Positions 47,864 to 56,611 of a stretch of 64,000 nt of DNA are shown piece by piece. Each line of letters begins with the position of its first letter. The first letter of the stretch is position 1. The stretch comes from Verrucomicrobiota bacterium (lineage in GTDB: Bacteria > Verrucomicrobiota > Verrucomicrobiia > Limisphaerales > Palsa-1400), in NCBI GenBank assembly GCA_049510745.1, contig JBEKYR010000011.1:64001-128000 (forward strand), given 5' to 3'. A program made the translations under genes and the position numbers. The notes under the pieces were generated by a model, which was not told the DNA's origin, did no database searches, and worked only from the letters and a program-made list of their open reading frames with translations.

Positions 47864-48339
47864 TTGGCGCCTCCTTGAAGGGTGGCGGCGGCTTCCTTGA
47901 TGGCGGCGACGATGCGTTGATAAGCGCCGCAGCGGCAAACGTTGCCGTCCATGGCCCGGATGATTTCCGGCTGGGAAGGGTTTTTACGTTTCTGCAACAG
48001 AGCCAGGCCGGACATGATCATGCCGCAGGTGCAGTAACCGCATTGGAAGGCGTCGTGTTTGAGGAAGGCTTCCTGCAAGGGGTGGAGTTGGCCGTTTTGT
48101 TCGAGGCTTTCGATGGTGACGATCTGGCGCTGGCCGACGCTGCCGACGGGGAGCTGGCAGGAGCGGATGGGGGCGCCGTCCACCAAAACGGTGCAAGCGC
48201 CGCAACGGCCCTCGCCGCAGCCGTATTTGGCGCCGGTGAGAGCGAGGTCGTCGCGCAACACGCTCAAGAGGGTGCGCTCGCCCTCGGCGTCGATTTTGGC
48301 GTCGTTGCCATTGACGTGAAGTAGCGTGACTTTGGCCAT
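47860..48339 (-). CDS. 2Fe-2S subunit (IorA/CoxS-like)
   Basis: KYGCGEGRCGACTV, QCGYCT.G, GNVCRCG.Y. Confidence 0.95.
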   Translation of the reverse strand: MAKVTLLHVNGNDAKIDAEGERTLLSVLRDDLALTGAKYGCGEGRCGACTVLVDGAPIRSCQLPVGSVGQRQIVTIESLEQNGQLHPLQEAFLKHDAFQCGYCTCGMIMSGLALLQKRKNPSQPEIIRAMDGNVCRCGAYQRIVAAIKEAAATLQGGAK

Positions 48340-48346
48340 AGTCTAA

Positions 48347-48473
48347 AAAGGATGAAGTAAGAAGGAAGAAGGTAGAAGTCAAGCAACAAGCGGCCTCCGA
48401 TCACGGGGGGCTGCCTCAGACTCCAAGGACGCGGCAATACATTACTTCATCCTTCTTACTTTTTGATCCTTCA
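48347..48473. repeat. Inverted heptamer-repeat tracts (GAAGGAT/GAAGTAA versus CTTCATC/CTTCTTA)
   Basis: aaggatgaagtaagaaggaagaaggtagaagt versus acttcatccttcttactt. Confidence 0.65.
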
Positions 48474-48477
48474 TTGT

Positions 48478-48513
48478 TGTGAATAACTTTCTTATCGTGT
48501 GAATAACTTTCTT
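48478..48513. promoter_or_regulatory. Two 16-bp direct repeats, each containing a DnaA-box consensus
   Basis: TGTGAATAACTTTCTT at 48478 and 48498; reverse complement TTATTCACA fits TTWTNCACA. Confidence 0.5.
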
Positions 48514-48636
48514 GTGAAGATTCTTGAAGGCGTGGGTGAATTCGGCTACGGTATTTCGTTTTGAAAAGCTGGCGCTGACCTGTGAATTCGTTGTTTCGCT
48601 TGTTTTTTTTTCAGCGCGGTTGGCCCGGTCGTTTGT

Positions 48637-50022
48637 ATGTGTGGATGGGATGGAATTGAATGTGACGTGGGCGTGGTCGGTTTGGATGTGACGGGCAGGA
48701 ATGTGGCTCTGAATCTTGCCGATCATACCTTCCGCGTGGCCGTGTGTCCCGGGGGGCCGGAAAATGGCCCGGCCTTGCCGGAAGAAGCGGACAGGGGGGC
48801 GGTGTCGATGGCAACGAGTTTTCCCGAGCTGGCAGGACGGCTGAAGAAGCCGCGCGCGATTTTTCTTTTCAAGGGGGCCAAAGCTCCGGCGGACGCCGCT
48901 CTCAACGCGTTGCTGCCGCATTTGGAAGGAGGGGACGTGGTCATCGACGCCGGGGATTCTTATTACAAGGAGACGGCCTGGCGCAGCGACCTGTTGGAGA
49001 ACCGGTCGATTCACTTGATGGGTTTGGGGCTGGCCGGCGGCGCGGAAGGAGCGCGGCGCGGCGCGGTGATCACGGCGGGCGGGACGCCCGAAGGCTATAA
49101 GCGCACGCGCCCGATGCTGGAAGCCATCGCGGCCAAAATCCACGGCGAACCCTGCGTGAGCTATCTCGGTCCGGCGGCGGCGTGCCATTTTGTGAAGATG
49201 GTCAATGCCGGCATCGGGCACGGGTTGATGCAACTGCTGCGCGAGACACTCTCTCTGGCGGAACGGACGCTGCCGCCCAACGAGGAGGAGGTGCGCGACG
49301 TGTTCGGGGCGGGGAGCCTGGATGCGCTCAATGGTTGTTGGACAGAGGTTTCCGGCGATGTTTTCAATCCGCTGACGGAATCGACCCTCCGGCGGCGGAT
49401 CAAGGAGCGGCTGGAAGTAGTCAACAATAACGATTTGGCGGGACGGCTCGCGCAGACCACCCTGGAACTGGCGGTGGAAGCGCCGACGATCCAGGCGGGG
49501 CTGGGTCCGCGGGAGGCGGCGGCGCGGGAACGGCGGCGCGCGCTGGCCTTGACGCCCTCGCGCCAGCCGGTGGGGCGGGCGGGAGAGGACCCGGACAGCG
49601 TGCTGGAGGAATTGCACGGAGCGCTTTACGCGGCCGTAATCATCGCCTACACGGAGGGCCTGGCGCTGCTGGCGAGGGCCGCGCAGTTTTACGGATTTCC
49701 GTTTTATCCGGCCGAAATTACGCGCCTCTGGAAAGGTGGCAGCCCCCTTGGCTCGACGTTGCTGGAGGACATCGCCGCGGCCCTGCGGGCGACGCCGGAC
49801 CTGCCCAATCTGTTGTGTGACGAGGACCTTTCGGAGAAGGTCATGGCGCACCAGGAATATCTGCGGCGCGCCGTCTGGCGCGCGCACGAGTTGGACATCG
49901 GGACACCCGGAATGCTGGCGGCGCTGGAGTACCTGGATACGCGAAGAGACGCATGGTGGCCGGTGAATTTGATCCAAACGCCGCGCTGGGAACGGGGAGG
50001 CGTTGCTGCTGAGGTCGCCTGA
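48637..50022 (+). CDS. 6-phosphogluconate dehydrogenase (GndA) homologue with degenerate active site
   Basis: Colinear with GndA (G.VGL...G.N.ALN, L..PR.I, GG..GAR.G, HFVKMV..GI...MQL, LW.GG, P.NLIQ) but key residues are replaced. Confidence 0.82.
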   Translation: MCGWDGIECDVGVVGLDVTGRNVALNLADHTFRVAVCPGGPENGPALPEEADRGAVSMATSFPELAGRLKKPRAIFLFKGAKAPADAALNALLPHLEGGDVVIDAGDSYYKETAWRSDLLENRSIHLMGLGLAGGAEGARRGAVITAGGTPEGYKRTRPMLEAIAAKIHGEPCVSYLGPAAACHFVKMVNAGIGHGLMQLLRETLSLAERTLPPNEEEVRDVFGAGSLDALNGCWTEVSGDVFNPLTESTLRRRIKERLEVVNNNDLAGRLAQTTLELAVEAPTIQAGLGPREAAARERRRALALTPSRQPVGRAGEDPDSVLEELHGALYAAVIIAYTEGLALLARAAQFYGFPFYPAEITRLWKGGSPLGSTLLEDIAAALRATPDLPNLLCDEDLSEKVMAHQEYLRRAVWRAHELDIGTPGMLAALEYLDTRRDAWWPVNLIQTPRWERGGVAAEVA

Positions 50023-50090
50023 CACGGCCGCCGCCGAGGCGGTCAAGGTTTGGCCAGAAGTCTGCTGTTCTTTCGAGGCAAGGAGGGGAT

Positions 50091-50636
50091 TTATTGTTTG
50101 GCCGCGCCCGCGGCGGCGGCCTCCTGCAGCTTCTTCACGCGGTCCGCCAGTTTGTTGTATTTTTCAACCAGATCGTTGCGGGCTTTGACACTGTCGTTGT
50201 ATTTGCGGATAAAATCGTCGCGTTCGGCCACCAGGCGCGTGATCGCGTCATTTTGCTTTTTAATGCCGTCGTAGGCTTCCTGGAGCTTGCTTTCCAGGAC
50301 GTTGGTGACGGCCTGATATTGGACGATTTCATTGCTCATCGAGTCGGCGCCGAGTTGCAGGCGGAGAAGGTCGCGTTTTTGGGCGAGGATGAGTTGGTCG
50401 TTGGTCATGGCTTGCTGTTTGAGTTCGTTGAGGCGCGCTTGCAAGGCCGCGATCTCGGCGTCCATCGTCTTGATCGAGTTGGTGTAGCCCTGAATGTCGG
50501 TGGATTGCTTGAAGATGACCTGGTCCAGGGAATCGATGTGATTGCGCTGGACGGTTTGGGCGTACCATTGCCAGACGCACAACCCGCACAGCGCCAGGGC
50601 CAGGACGATGAGGAGGTTCTGTTGGAAGTTTTTCAT
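50091..50636 (-). CDS. Membrane-anchored coiled-coil protein, last gene of the TonB operon
   Basis: N-terminal TM helix, long heptad region, ATGA overlap with exbD. Confidence 0.78.
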   Translation of the reverse strand: MKNFQQNLLIVLALALCGLCVWQWYAQTVQRNHIDSLDQVIFKQSTDIQGYTNSIKTMDAEIAALQARLNELKQQAMTNDQLILAQKRDLLRLQLGADSMSNEIVQYQAVTNVLESKLQEAYDGIKKQNDAITRLVAERDDFIRKYNDSVKARNDLVEKYNKLADRVKKLQEAAAAGAAKQ

Positions 50637-51064
50637 TTTTGCCCGGCGGCGGAAGAGGGATCGGCTTTAACGGCGAAGGCCACGCGCTCGATGCCGGCCC
50701 GTTTGACGAGGTCCAAAACGTACACCATTTCGCCGTGGGTCGCATCGCGGCTGCCGCTCAGATAGACGGGGAGGTTGGTGTTGGCGTGATGGCGGTTGGT
50801 CAGGAGGGTGAAAAGCTGCGGGAACGTCATCAGGTTGTTGTCCAGAGAGACCGCGCCGTCGCGATCGACCTTGAGTTTGATCAGGTCGGGCTTGGCGGCG
50901 GAAGTGGCCAGGGTGGCGGTGGGCAGGCTGGCTTTGAGGGTGCGCACCTTTTGCATTTGCAGGCTGACCATCATGAAGGAGGCGAGAAGAAAAAACATGA
51001 TGTCAATCAGCGGGATGATTTCCAGCCGGCTGCGCTTGCGGGCAATGGGAGAACGGATTTTCAC
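50633..51064 (-). CDS. exbD: Biopolymer transport protein ExbD/TolR
   Basis: EIIPLIDIMFFLLASFMM, LP.A, V..LD.....GI..V. Confidence 0.93.
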   Translation of the reverse strand: MKIRSPIARKRSRLEIIPLIDIMFFLLASFMMVSLQMQKVRTLKASLPTATLATSAAKPDLIKLKVDRDGAVSLDNNLMTFPQLFTLLTNRHHANTNLPVYLSGSRDATHGEMVYVLDLVKRAGIERVAFAVKADPSSAAGQK

Positions 51065-51486
51065 GGTATGGGCTGGCGGCGGCTGCCGTCCGCCATGAAG
51101 GCCACTTTTTGCACGCCGACGCGGCGCACCGCTTCATAGACGTCCACCATGTCGCCGTGCGGCGTGGCGGTGTCGCCGGCGATATAGACGGGCAAATTGG
51201 TGTTGAGGAGGAACCGGTTGCTGAGGGCGGCGCACAACTCCGGCAAGGTGAGGTTGGTCTTCTCCAACCAGACGCGGCCGGCCCGGTCCACGGCGATGTT
51301 GATCATGTCGGGCCTGAAATCGGGGCCAGCCTGGGTGGCGAAGGGGAGATTGACCTTGATGTTTTGGGTGCGGTCCATTTGCAGGCTGACCATCATGAAG
51401 GAGGCAAGGAGAAAGAACATGATGTCGATCAGCGGGATGATCTCGATGCGCGAATGGCGGCGCTGGACTGGGGAGGGGAGTTTCAC
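51061..51486 (-). CDS. exbD: Biopolymer transport protein ExbD/TolR (second copy)
   Basis: IEIIPLIDIMFFLLASFMM, VNLP, I.GD.....G..V.V. Confidence 0.93.
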   Translation of the reverse strand: MKLPSPVQRRHSRIEIIPLIDIMFFLLASFMMVSLQMDRTQNIKVNLPFATQAGPDFRPDMINIAVDRAGRVWLEKTNLTLPELCAALSNRFLLNTNLPVYIAGDTATPHGDMVDVYEAVRRVGVQKVAFMADGSRRQPIP

Positions 51487-52136
51487 CGGGGCGCTTCTGA
51501 AGGGGGTTCTTTCAATTTGGAGGACTGCACCATGACTTCGACATTGCTGGCCGCGGTCTCCAACTCAAACTGCAAGCGCGCCACCTTGGCCGTGAAATAG
51601 TTGAACGGGATGAGCGAAAAGATGGCGATGCCCAGGCCGCAGGCCGTGGCGATCAGGGCCTCGCCGATGCCGCCGGTGACGGCCCTGACGGACAACTCGG
51701 CGCTGCCCACGCTGAGAAAGGCGCGCATCAGGCCGGTGACCGTTCCGAGCAAGCCGAGCAGGGGCGCCAGCGTCACCAAGGTGTCCATCACGGTGAGAAA
51801 GCGCCCGGCCCGCTCCAATTCAATGCCGGCGGCCAGTTGCAAGGCCCCTTGCAACGAGGAATGGGCGTGATTCAATCCGTTGTAAATCATGCGGATGACC
51901 GGGTCGTTGGAGCCTTGGGCGATTTTGACCGCGGCGGGGATGTCGTGATTTTCCAGGGCGGCCAGGATTTGCTCGAGCTTTTGCGGGTCGCGCCGCCGGC
52001 TCTCGCGAAACCACCAAAAGAGCCGTTCCCCCACGACCGCGACCGCGACCAGCGCGGAGACCAGGATCGGCCCCATCACCGGCCCGCCTTTGAGAACGAA
52101 TTGGACAACGATATTTGCCATCATAAACGAATTCAT
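51483..52136 (-). CDS. exbB: MotA/TolQ/ExbB proton channel protein
   Basis: GGPVM, APLLGLLGTV.G, GI.EALIATA.GL. Confidence 0.93.
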   Translation of the reverse strand: MNSFMMANIVVQFVLKGGPVMGPILVSALVAVAVVGERLFWWFRESRRRDPQKLEQILAALENHDIPAAVKIAQGSNDPVIRMIYNGLNHAHSSLQGALQLAAGIELERAGRFLTVMDTLVTLAPLLGLLGTVTGLMRAFLSVGSAELSVRAVTGGIGEALIATACGLGIAIFSLIPFNYFTAKVARLQFELETAASNVEVMVQSSKLKEPPSEAPR

Positions 52137-52137
52137 G

Positions 52138-52830
52138 CTACTCCGATTGTATCTTGTAGGAAATCAATACTTGGAAGAGATGGCCGCCGTGGACGGGCGG
52201 TTGAATCCAATGGCGCTTGACCCACTCCAGCGCGTCGTGGTCCAGCAGTGCCGAACCAGAGGATTCCTTGACCGAGATCGAGGTGATGGCGCCGACGTCA
52301 TCGACTGTGAACAAGAGAACGACGGTGCCCTGCTGTCTCATTTGCAAGGCCATCTGCGGATACGGGGGTTGGGGGCGATCACCTGCCGCGCCGGTGCTGG
52401 CGATGACAAGCGGGGCCGGCCGCACCACCGGGGCGGCTTTGGAAAGATCGTCCGCCGGGGGAGTCGGAGCGGCGGACAACGGAACGACCAGGTTGCCGAT
52501 GGTGGGCACGGCGAAATGGATGGCGGGCGTGTTGAGCGTGACCGCCACCGAGGGCTGGGCTTTGGGCTTTTCGTCCTCATTTAGGCGCTCGACGGGCTTT
52601 GGCTCCGGCGCCGACGGGGGCAGCGGCTCGACGACGATGGGAACGGGTTGCTCGATGGGCGGGGCGTGTTTTGGGACCGGCAGTTTGTTTTGGGCGCCAA
52701 AGACGCCGATGAGCAGGAACAAGAGACAGAGCGAATTGACCCAGGCCAGCCGCCGATAAGCGTCGCGCTCGGGCGCGGGAAGGCAGAAGCGCGCCAGCTC
52801 GGACTTCAATTGGTAGGCAGCCACAGCCAC
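52138..52830 (-). CDS. tonB: Energy transducer TonB
   Basis: TM helix, Pro-rich linker, P.YP..A.....QG.V...F.V...G......SSG...LD..A. Confidence 0.85.
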   Translation of the reverse strand: MAVAAYQLKSELARFCLPAPERDAYRRLAWVNSLCLLFLLIGVFGAQNKLPVPKHAPPIEQPVPIVVEPLPPSAPEPKPVERLNEDEKPKAQPSVAVTLNTPAIHFAVPTIGNLVVPLSAAPTPPADDLSKAAPVVRPAPLVIASTGAAGDRPQPPYPQMALQMRQQGTVVLLFTVDDVGAITSISVKESSGSALLDHDALEWVKRHWIQPPVHGGHLFQVLISYKIQSE

Positions 52831-52867
52831 GGGTCAGTCTTTCGCGTTCGCTCCGTCGCGTTGATTT

Positions 52868-55078
52868 TTAGAACGCATAGCTCAACGATCCAAACAAGCC
52901 CCGGCGCTCGCCATATTGGGCGGCGTTGACGCCGACACCCGTGCCGCTGCGCAGTTGATAGACGTTGTCCGTGACGTTGACGACATCCAACCGGGCCTTT
53001 AAGAACCGGTGCTCGCCCAATTTCAAGCTTTGCTCCACGCCGAGATTTATTGAATAGTATTGACCGACGTTGGCGCCATTCGGGACGGCTTCCGTCGTCC
53101 CGGGGATCAACACGGTGCCGTCCTGCCGAAGCCCGCTGCCGTAAAGGGCGTCGGCATAAACCCGCGTGCTGTGGCGCGGCCCCTCGTTCCAGGAATAAGC
53201 CGTGCCGAAGGAACCGGTGAGACGCTGGTCGTGGTCGAGGTAAATCCAGTGCTGGTTGATGTAATCAACCACCGTCTGGTCCGGCCAGAGGAATTGGGCC
53301 GAGGCGGCGCCTTTGCCCTGCGCGCTGGAGAGGGCGAGGTTGGCGTAGGAGGAGAAGCCGTTGGTTTGGTAGCTGACCGTCAGTTCCAGGCCCTCGACCC
53401 GCCCCTCGCCATAATTGAACGCGGAGATGATGAGCGATTGGCTGAAGAAACCGTCGTCCAGTTGGTTCTGGGCGGTTTTGTAATAGCCGTCCAGGCCGAC
53501 TTGCAGGCCGGGCAGCAGTTTCTGGCTGATGCCGGCGTCGTAATAATTGGCCCGCTCGGCCTTGACCGGAGAAGCGGTGGTGACGCCGGAGGCGCCCGAG
53601 GTGCCGCTGAAAGCCGCGACGTCGGACGCGGGCACGGTTTCCAGGGGCGGCGGCGTGAAGTAGCGCGCATAACCGGCGTGCAGGGTCGTCGAGTCCGTCG
53701 GCTGGTAAATGATATTGGCGCGCGGACTGACCTGGTTTTCGTCGTCCACGGTGGAGGTATAGACGTCGAAGCGCGCGCCGTAATTGAGAGTGACCTTGGG
53801 CAAAATTTTCCATTCGTCCTGCAAGTACATGCCGGAGAAGAGGGCGTGGGTCAGGTTGTTCTGAAGGATGCCTTCCAGCCCGCCGCTTTCGTTGCCGCTG
53901 GCGTCAACCGGAAAAACCGCGGTCAGGGTGTTGGCCGACACGGCCTCCTCCAAAATCTCCACCCCGCCGCGCAACGTGTGTTTGGCGCCGAGGGCGTAGC
54001 TGGCGTCGCCTTGCAGCCCGCCGCCGGTGAGAACGCGATTTTCGTCGGTGGCCACGCCGCCGTTGTAATAGAGAGTCGGTTCCAACGCGTCCGGCGTATA
54101 GTGGGCGCCGCTGTTGAGGCCAAAGGCGGAAATCTGATAGTTCAGGTCGCCGGCCGATTTTTGATAGGCCACGACGCCGTAATAATTCTGTTCGGTTTGA
54201 TTGTCATTCAAATCGGTTGGGGTGAAGTTTCCCGCGACCCAGGGGTCGCCGCTGGGCTGGGTGGAAACGGGCTGGAGGCTGGGATTGATGGGGATTTCAA
54301 AGGTGGCGTAGGACGCGCTGCCCATAATGACCAGGCGGCTGGAAGCATCGATCAGGTCGGAGGCGTAGAGGAAGGTTTTATATTGGTCGGTGTAATCATG
54401 AATGGGCACGGAACTGGGGGCCGGATTCTCGATGCCGATGTTGTCGTGAGTGTAGCTGCCGTCAATGAAGTAGCTCCATTTGCCTTCGGAACCGGCGTAT
54501 TCGAAGCTGGGCCGGATGGTGTCATAGCTGCCGCCGTAGAGTTCAACCGAGCCGCCGTTGGTGAAGAGGCCGCCCTTGGTCTGAATATCGACGATGCCCG
54601 CGGTGCGGAAGCCGTATTCGGCCGGGAGCGAGCCGGTGATCAGTTGCATGCTTTGCACAAAGCGGGGGTCCAGTTCCTGGCCGAAACCGGTGATGCCTTC
54701 GGGCAACACGACGTCGTTGATGCGGTATTGCAAATTGGCGTGCTCGCCCCGGACGTGAAGCTGTCCGAGTGAATCCTCCGCCATGCCCGGCGCGCGCAAG
54801 ATGACTTGATTAAAGGAGGCGTTGTCGCCCTGCGGCAAGTCCACGACGGATTGGGTGGTGAAAGAGTAGGCGGTGGCGCCGAGATTGGGCACAATTTGGC
54901 TGCGCGCCTCGTTGAGGCGGCCCACGACCGTCACGGTGTCGAGGGTCGTGACGTTGGTGGGGGAGGTGGCGCTGTTCGTCTGGCCCAGGAGCGGTCCCGA
55001 GGCCAGCGTTCCGAACAGCATCGCCAGATAACATACAGGGCGGGAAAATTTCTGATCTGATTTCTTCGTCGATTTCAT
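52868..55078 (-). CDS. TonB-dependent outer-membrane receptor
   Basis: Signal peptide, TonB box LDTVTVVG, plug HVRGEHANLQY, GMYLQDEWK, SPR, N.TD..Y, terminal aromatic residue (SYAF). Confidence 0.95.
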   Translation of the reverse strand: MKSTKKSDQKFSRPVCYLAMLFGTLASGPLLGQTNSATSPTNVTTLDTVTVVGRLNEARSQIVPNLGATAYSFTTQSVVDLPQGDNASFNQVILRAPGMAEDSLGQLHVRGEHANLQYRINDVVLPEGITGFGQELDPRFVQSMQLITGSLPAEYGFRTAGIVDIQTKGGLFTNGGSVELYGGSYDTIRPSFEYAGSEGKWSYFIDGSYTHDNIGIENPAPSSVPIHDYTDQYKTFLYASDLIDASSRLVIMGSASYATFEIPINPSLQPVSTQPSGDPWVAGNFTPTDLNDNQTEQNYYGVVAYQKSAGDLNYQISAFGLNSGAHYTPDALEPTLYYNGGVATDENRVLTGGGLQGDASYALGAKHTLRGGVEILEEAVSANTLTAVFPVDASGNESGGLEGILQNNLTHALFSGMYLQDEWKILPKVTLNYGARFDVYTSTVDDENQVSPRANIIYQPTDSTTLHAGYARYFTPPPLETVPASDVAAFSGTSGASGVTTASPVKAERANYYDAGISQKLLPGLQVGLDGYYKTAQNQLDDGFFSQSLIISAFNYGEGRVEGLELTVSYQTNGFSSYANLALSSAQGKGAASAQFLWPDQTVVDYINQHWIYLDHDQRLTGSFGTAYSWNEGPRHSTRVYADALYGSGLRQDGTVLIPGTTEAVPNGANVGQYYSINLGVEQSLKLGEHRFLKARLDVVNVTDNVYQLRSGTGVGVNAAQYGERRGLFGSLSYAF

Positions 55079-55214
55079 AATTGCGGTCCAAATTCAATAG
55101 TTAAGGGTCAAAGGGATTTCACTTTTGGAACTTCCGTTCCAGCCTGACTCGGAACGGTGCGGCACGCGCCACGCTGTCCGGCAGACCAACTGTCTTGCAA
55201 GAACAACCAGTCAA

Positions 55215-55544
55215 CTAAATGAAGAGGGAACCGGCGGGCGGACCGCGGCTGGGAAGCAATCGAATATCGGCGGACACGAAAATGGCCGCCGGCTGCGGGT
55301 CGCCGGAAAGAATGAGCGGGGCGGGCTGCCGCAATTCAACCGCCGTGCTGGCGGAATGGACTTGGCCGTGAGCAAACAGCGTGACCGCGCACTCGTGGCC
55401 GGCGTCGCGGGCGCCCTCATGCGCCAGAGCGTGCAGGGCGGGAATCGCCACCATGGCGTACAGCGCCAGAAACACGCCGAGGCAAAACGCCGCCAGCCCT
55501 CGGCGGGCTTTCTTCATGACTCGTGCTGACGGCGACGGCTTCAT
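55215..55544 (-). CDS. DUF2946-like leader peptide with His/Cys motif and C-terminal RGPP
   Basis: TM segment, LHALAH...GHECAVTLFAHG.VH, ...PSRGPP six residues before the stop; 136 nt upstream of the receptor gene. Confidence 0.78.
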   Translation of the reverse strand: MKPSPSARVMKKARRGLAAFCLGVFLALYAMVAIPALHALAHEGARDAGHECAVTLFAHGQVHSASTAVELRQPAPLILSGDPQPAAIFVSADIRLLPSRGPPAGSLFI

Positions 55545-55656
55545 CGCGCGCCACTTCTAGCAGATGCGTCCGCCAATGCAACCTTTTTTTTCTCCCGCAG
55601 TTTCATGCCGCCAAGTCTGCCCGTAATGCGTCGGCCGCGCATGAGAATCCTTCCAT

Positions 55657-56595
55657 TCAAAACATATAGCTCACAATCACCTTGAACATTGCCGGCGCCA
55701 CCAACTGGTCGCCGGTGGTGTGCTCATAGACGGGAAACTCGACGTCGGCGTACACCTTGACCGGGTGGAGATGAAACTCAATCCCGGGCGAGAGCAAAAT
55801 CCGCTGGTAGCCGGAGGCGACCGGACTGGCCGCCGCGGAGCCAGTATCGCTGGTCCGTTCGCAAGGGATGACCTGCGCCACCGGCGTAATCCTCACCTTG
55901 CCGAGCGACCAACCCTGGTAGTAGAGACCGAGGGCCGTGTCCAGTTCGACGCCCGGACGGTAGTGGGCTTGGATGAGCGTCGGCACGTCCAACTTCGCCT
56001 GCGCGAACCAATACAAGCCGTGCGCCACGCTATTGAGGGTGTGGCGATAGAAGCCGCCGAGCAGCAGATCGGTGCTGCCCGTTCCCAGTTCGCTGTCCCG
56101 GTCAATGTCGCCGTAAGCGTCGTTGCGGCTGAAATCGCCCGTCGGCAGTTTCACTCCGAACGTCACCCCGGCGGACATGTCCGGCGAAAACCCGGCGTAG
56201 ATGCCTTCGAGCCGGAGATCGCCGAAGGCGCCCCATTTGGTTGAGACGATGTCACTGCCGCTGGCGCCGCCGGTGGTTTGGAAGTAGCGAACGTCGTAGG
56301 GCAATTCGACCTGGACTCCCCAACTGCGGTTGAACATGTACTGCAGACCGAGCATGGTAAAATCGGTCCGAATCTCCTTGTCCGGATTGTCCACGGCGGG
56401 CGCGCGCGAGCCGCGGCTCCAGTTCCAGGTCTGGTCCTGGAAGTCGTACTCCGCGAACACCATCCCGCCCGGCCCTTGGGGCAGCATCGAACTGGTGCCG
56501 ACATCAAAAACACCGCACCCGCAGGCGCAGGCCCAGCCCACGCTGGGGGTCAGGACCGCGGCCATCACTGCAAAACATTTTTTTCTCACATTCAT
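55657..56595 (-). CDS. Exported, probably outer-membrane beta-barrel protein with N-terminal CACGC motif
   Basis: Signal peptide ending AWA/GWA, then CACGC; GD....G, G.KLPTG, GTGS.D motifs; terminal SYMF. Confidence 0.72.
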   Translation of the reverse strand: MNVRKKCFAVMAAVLTPSVGWACACGCGVFDVGTSSMLPQGPGGMVFAEYDFQDQTWNWSRGSRAPAVDNPDKEIRTDFTMLGLQYMFNRSWGVQVELPYDVRYFQTTGGASGSDIVSTKWGAFGDLRLEGIYAGFSPDMSAGVTFGVKLPTGDFSRNDAYGDIDRDSELGTGSTDLLLGGFYRHTLNSVAHGLYWFAQAKLDVPTLIQAHYRPGVELDTALGLYYQGWSLGKVRITPVAQVIPCERTSDTGSAAASPVASGYQRILLSPGIEFHLHPVKVYADVEFPVYEHTTGDQLVAPAMFKVIVSYMF

Positions 56596-56611
56596 GGCAA
56601 AGATTCAAAGA

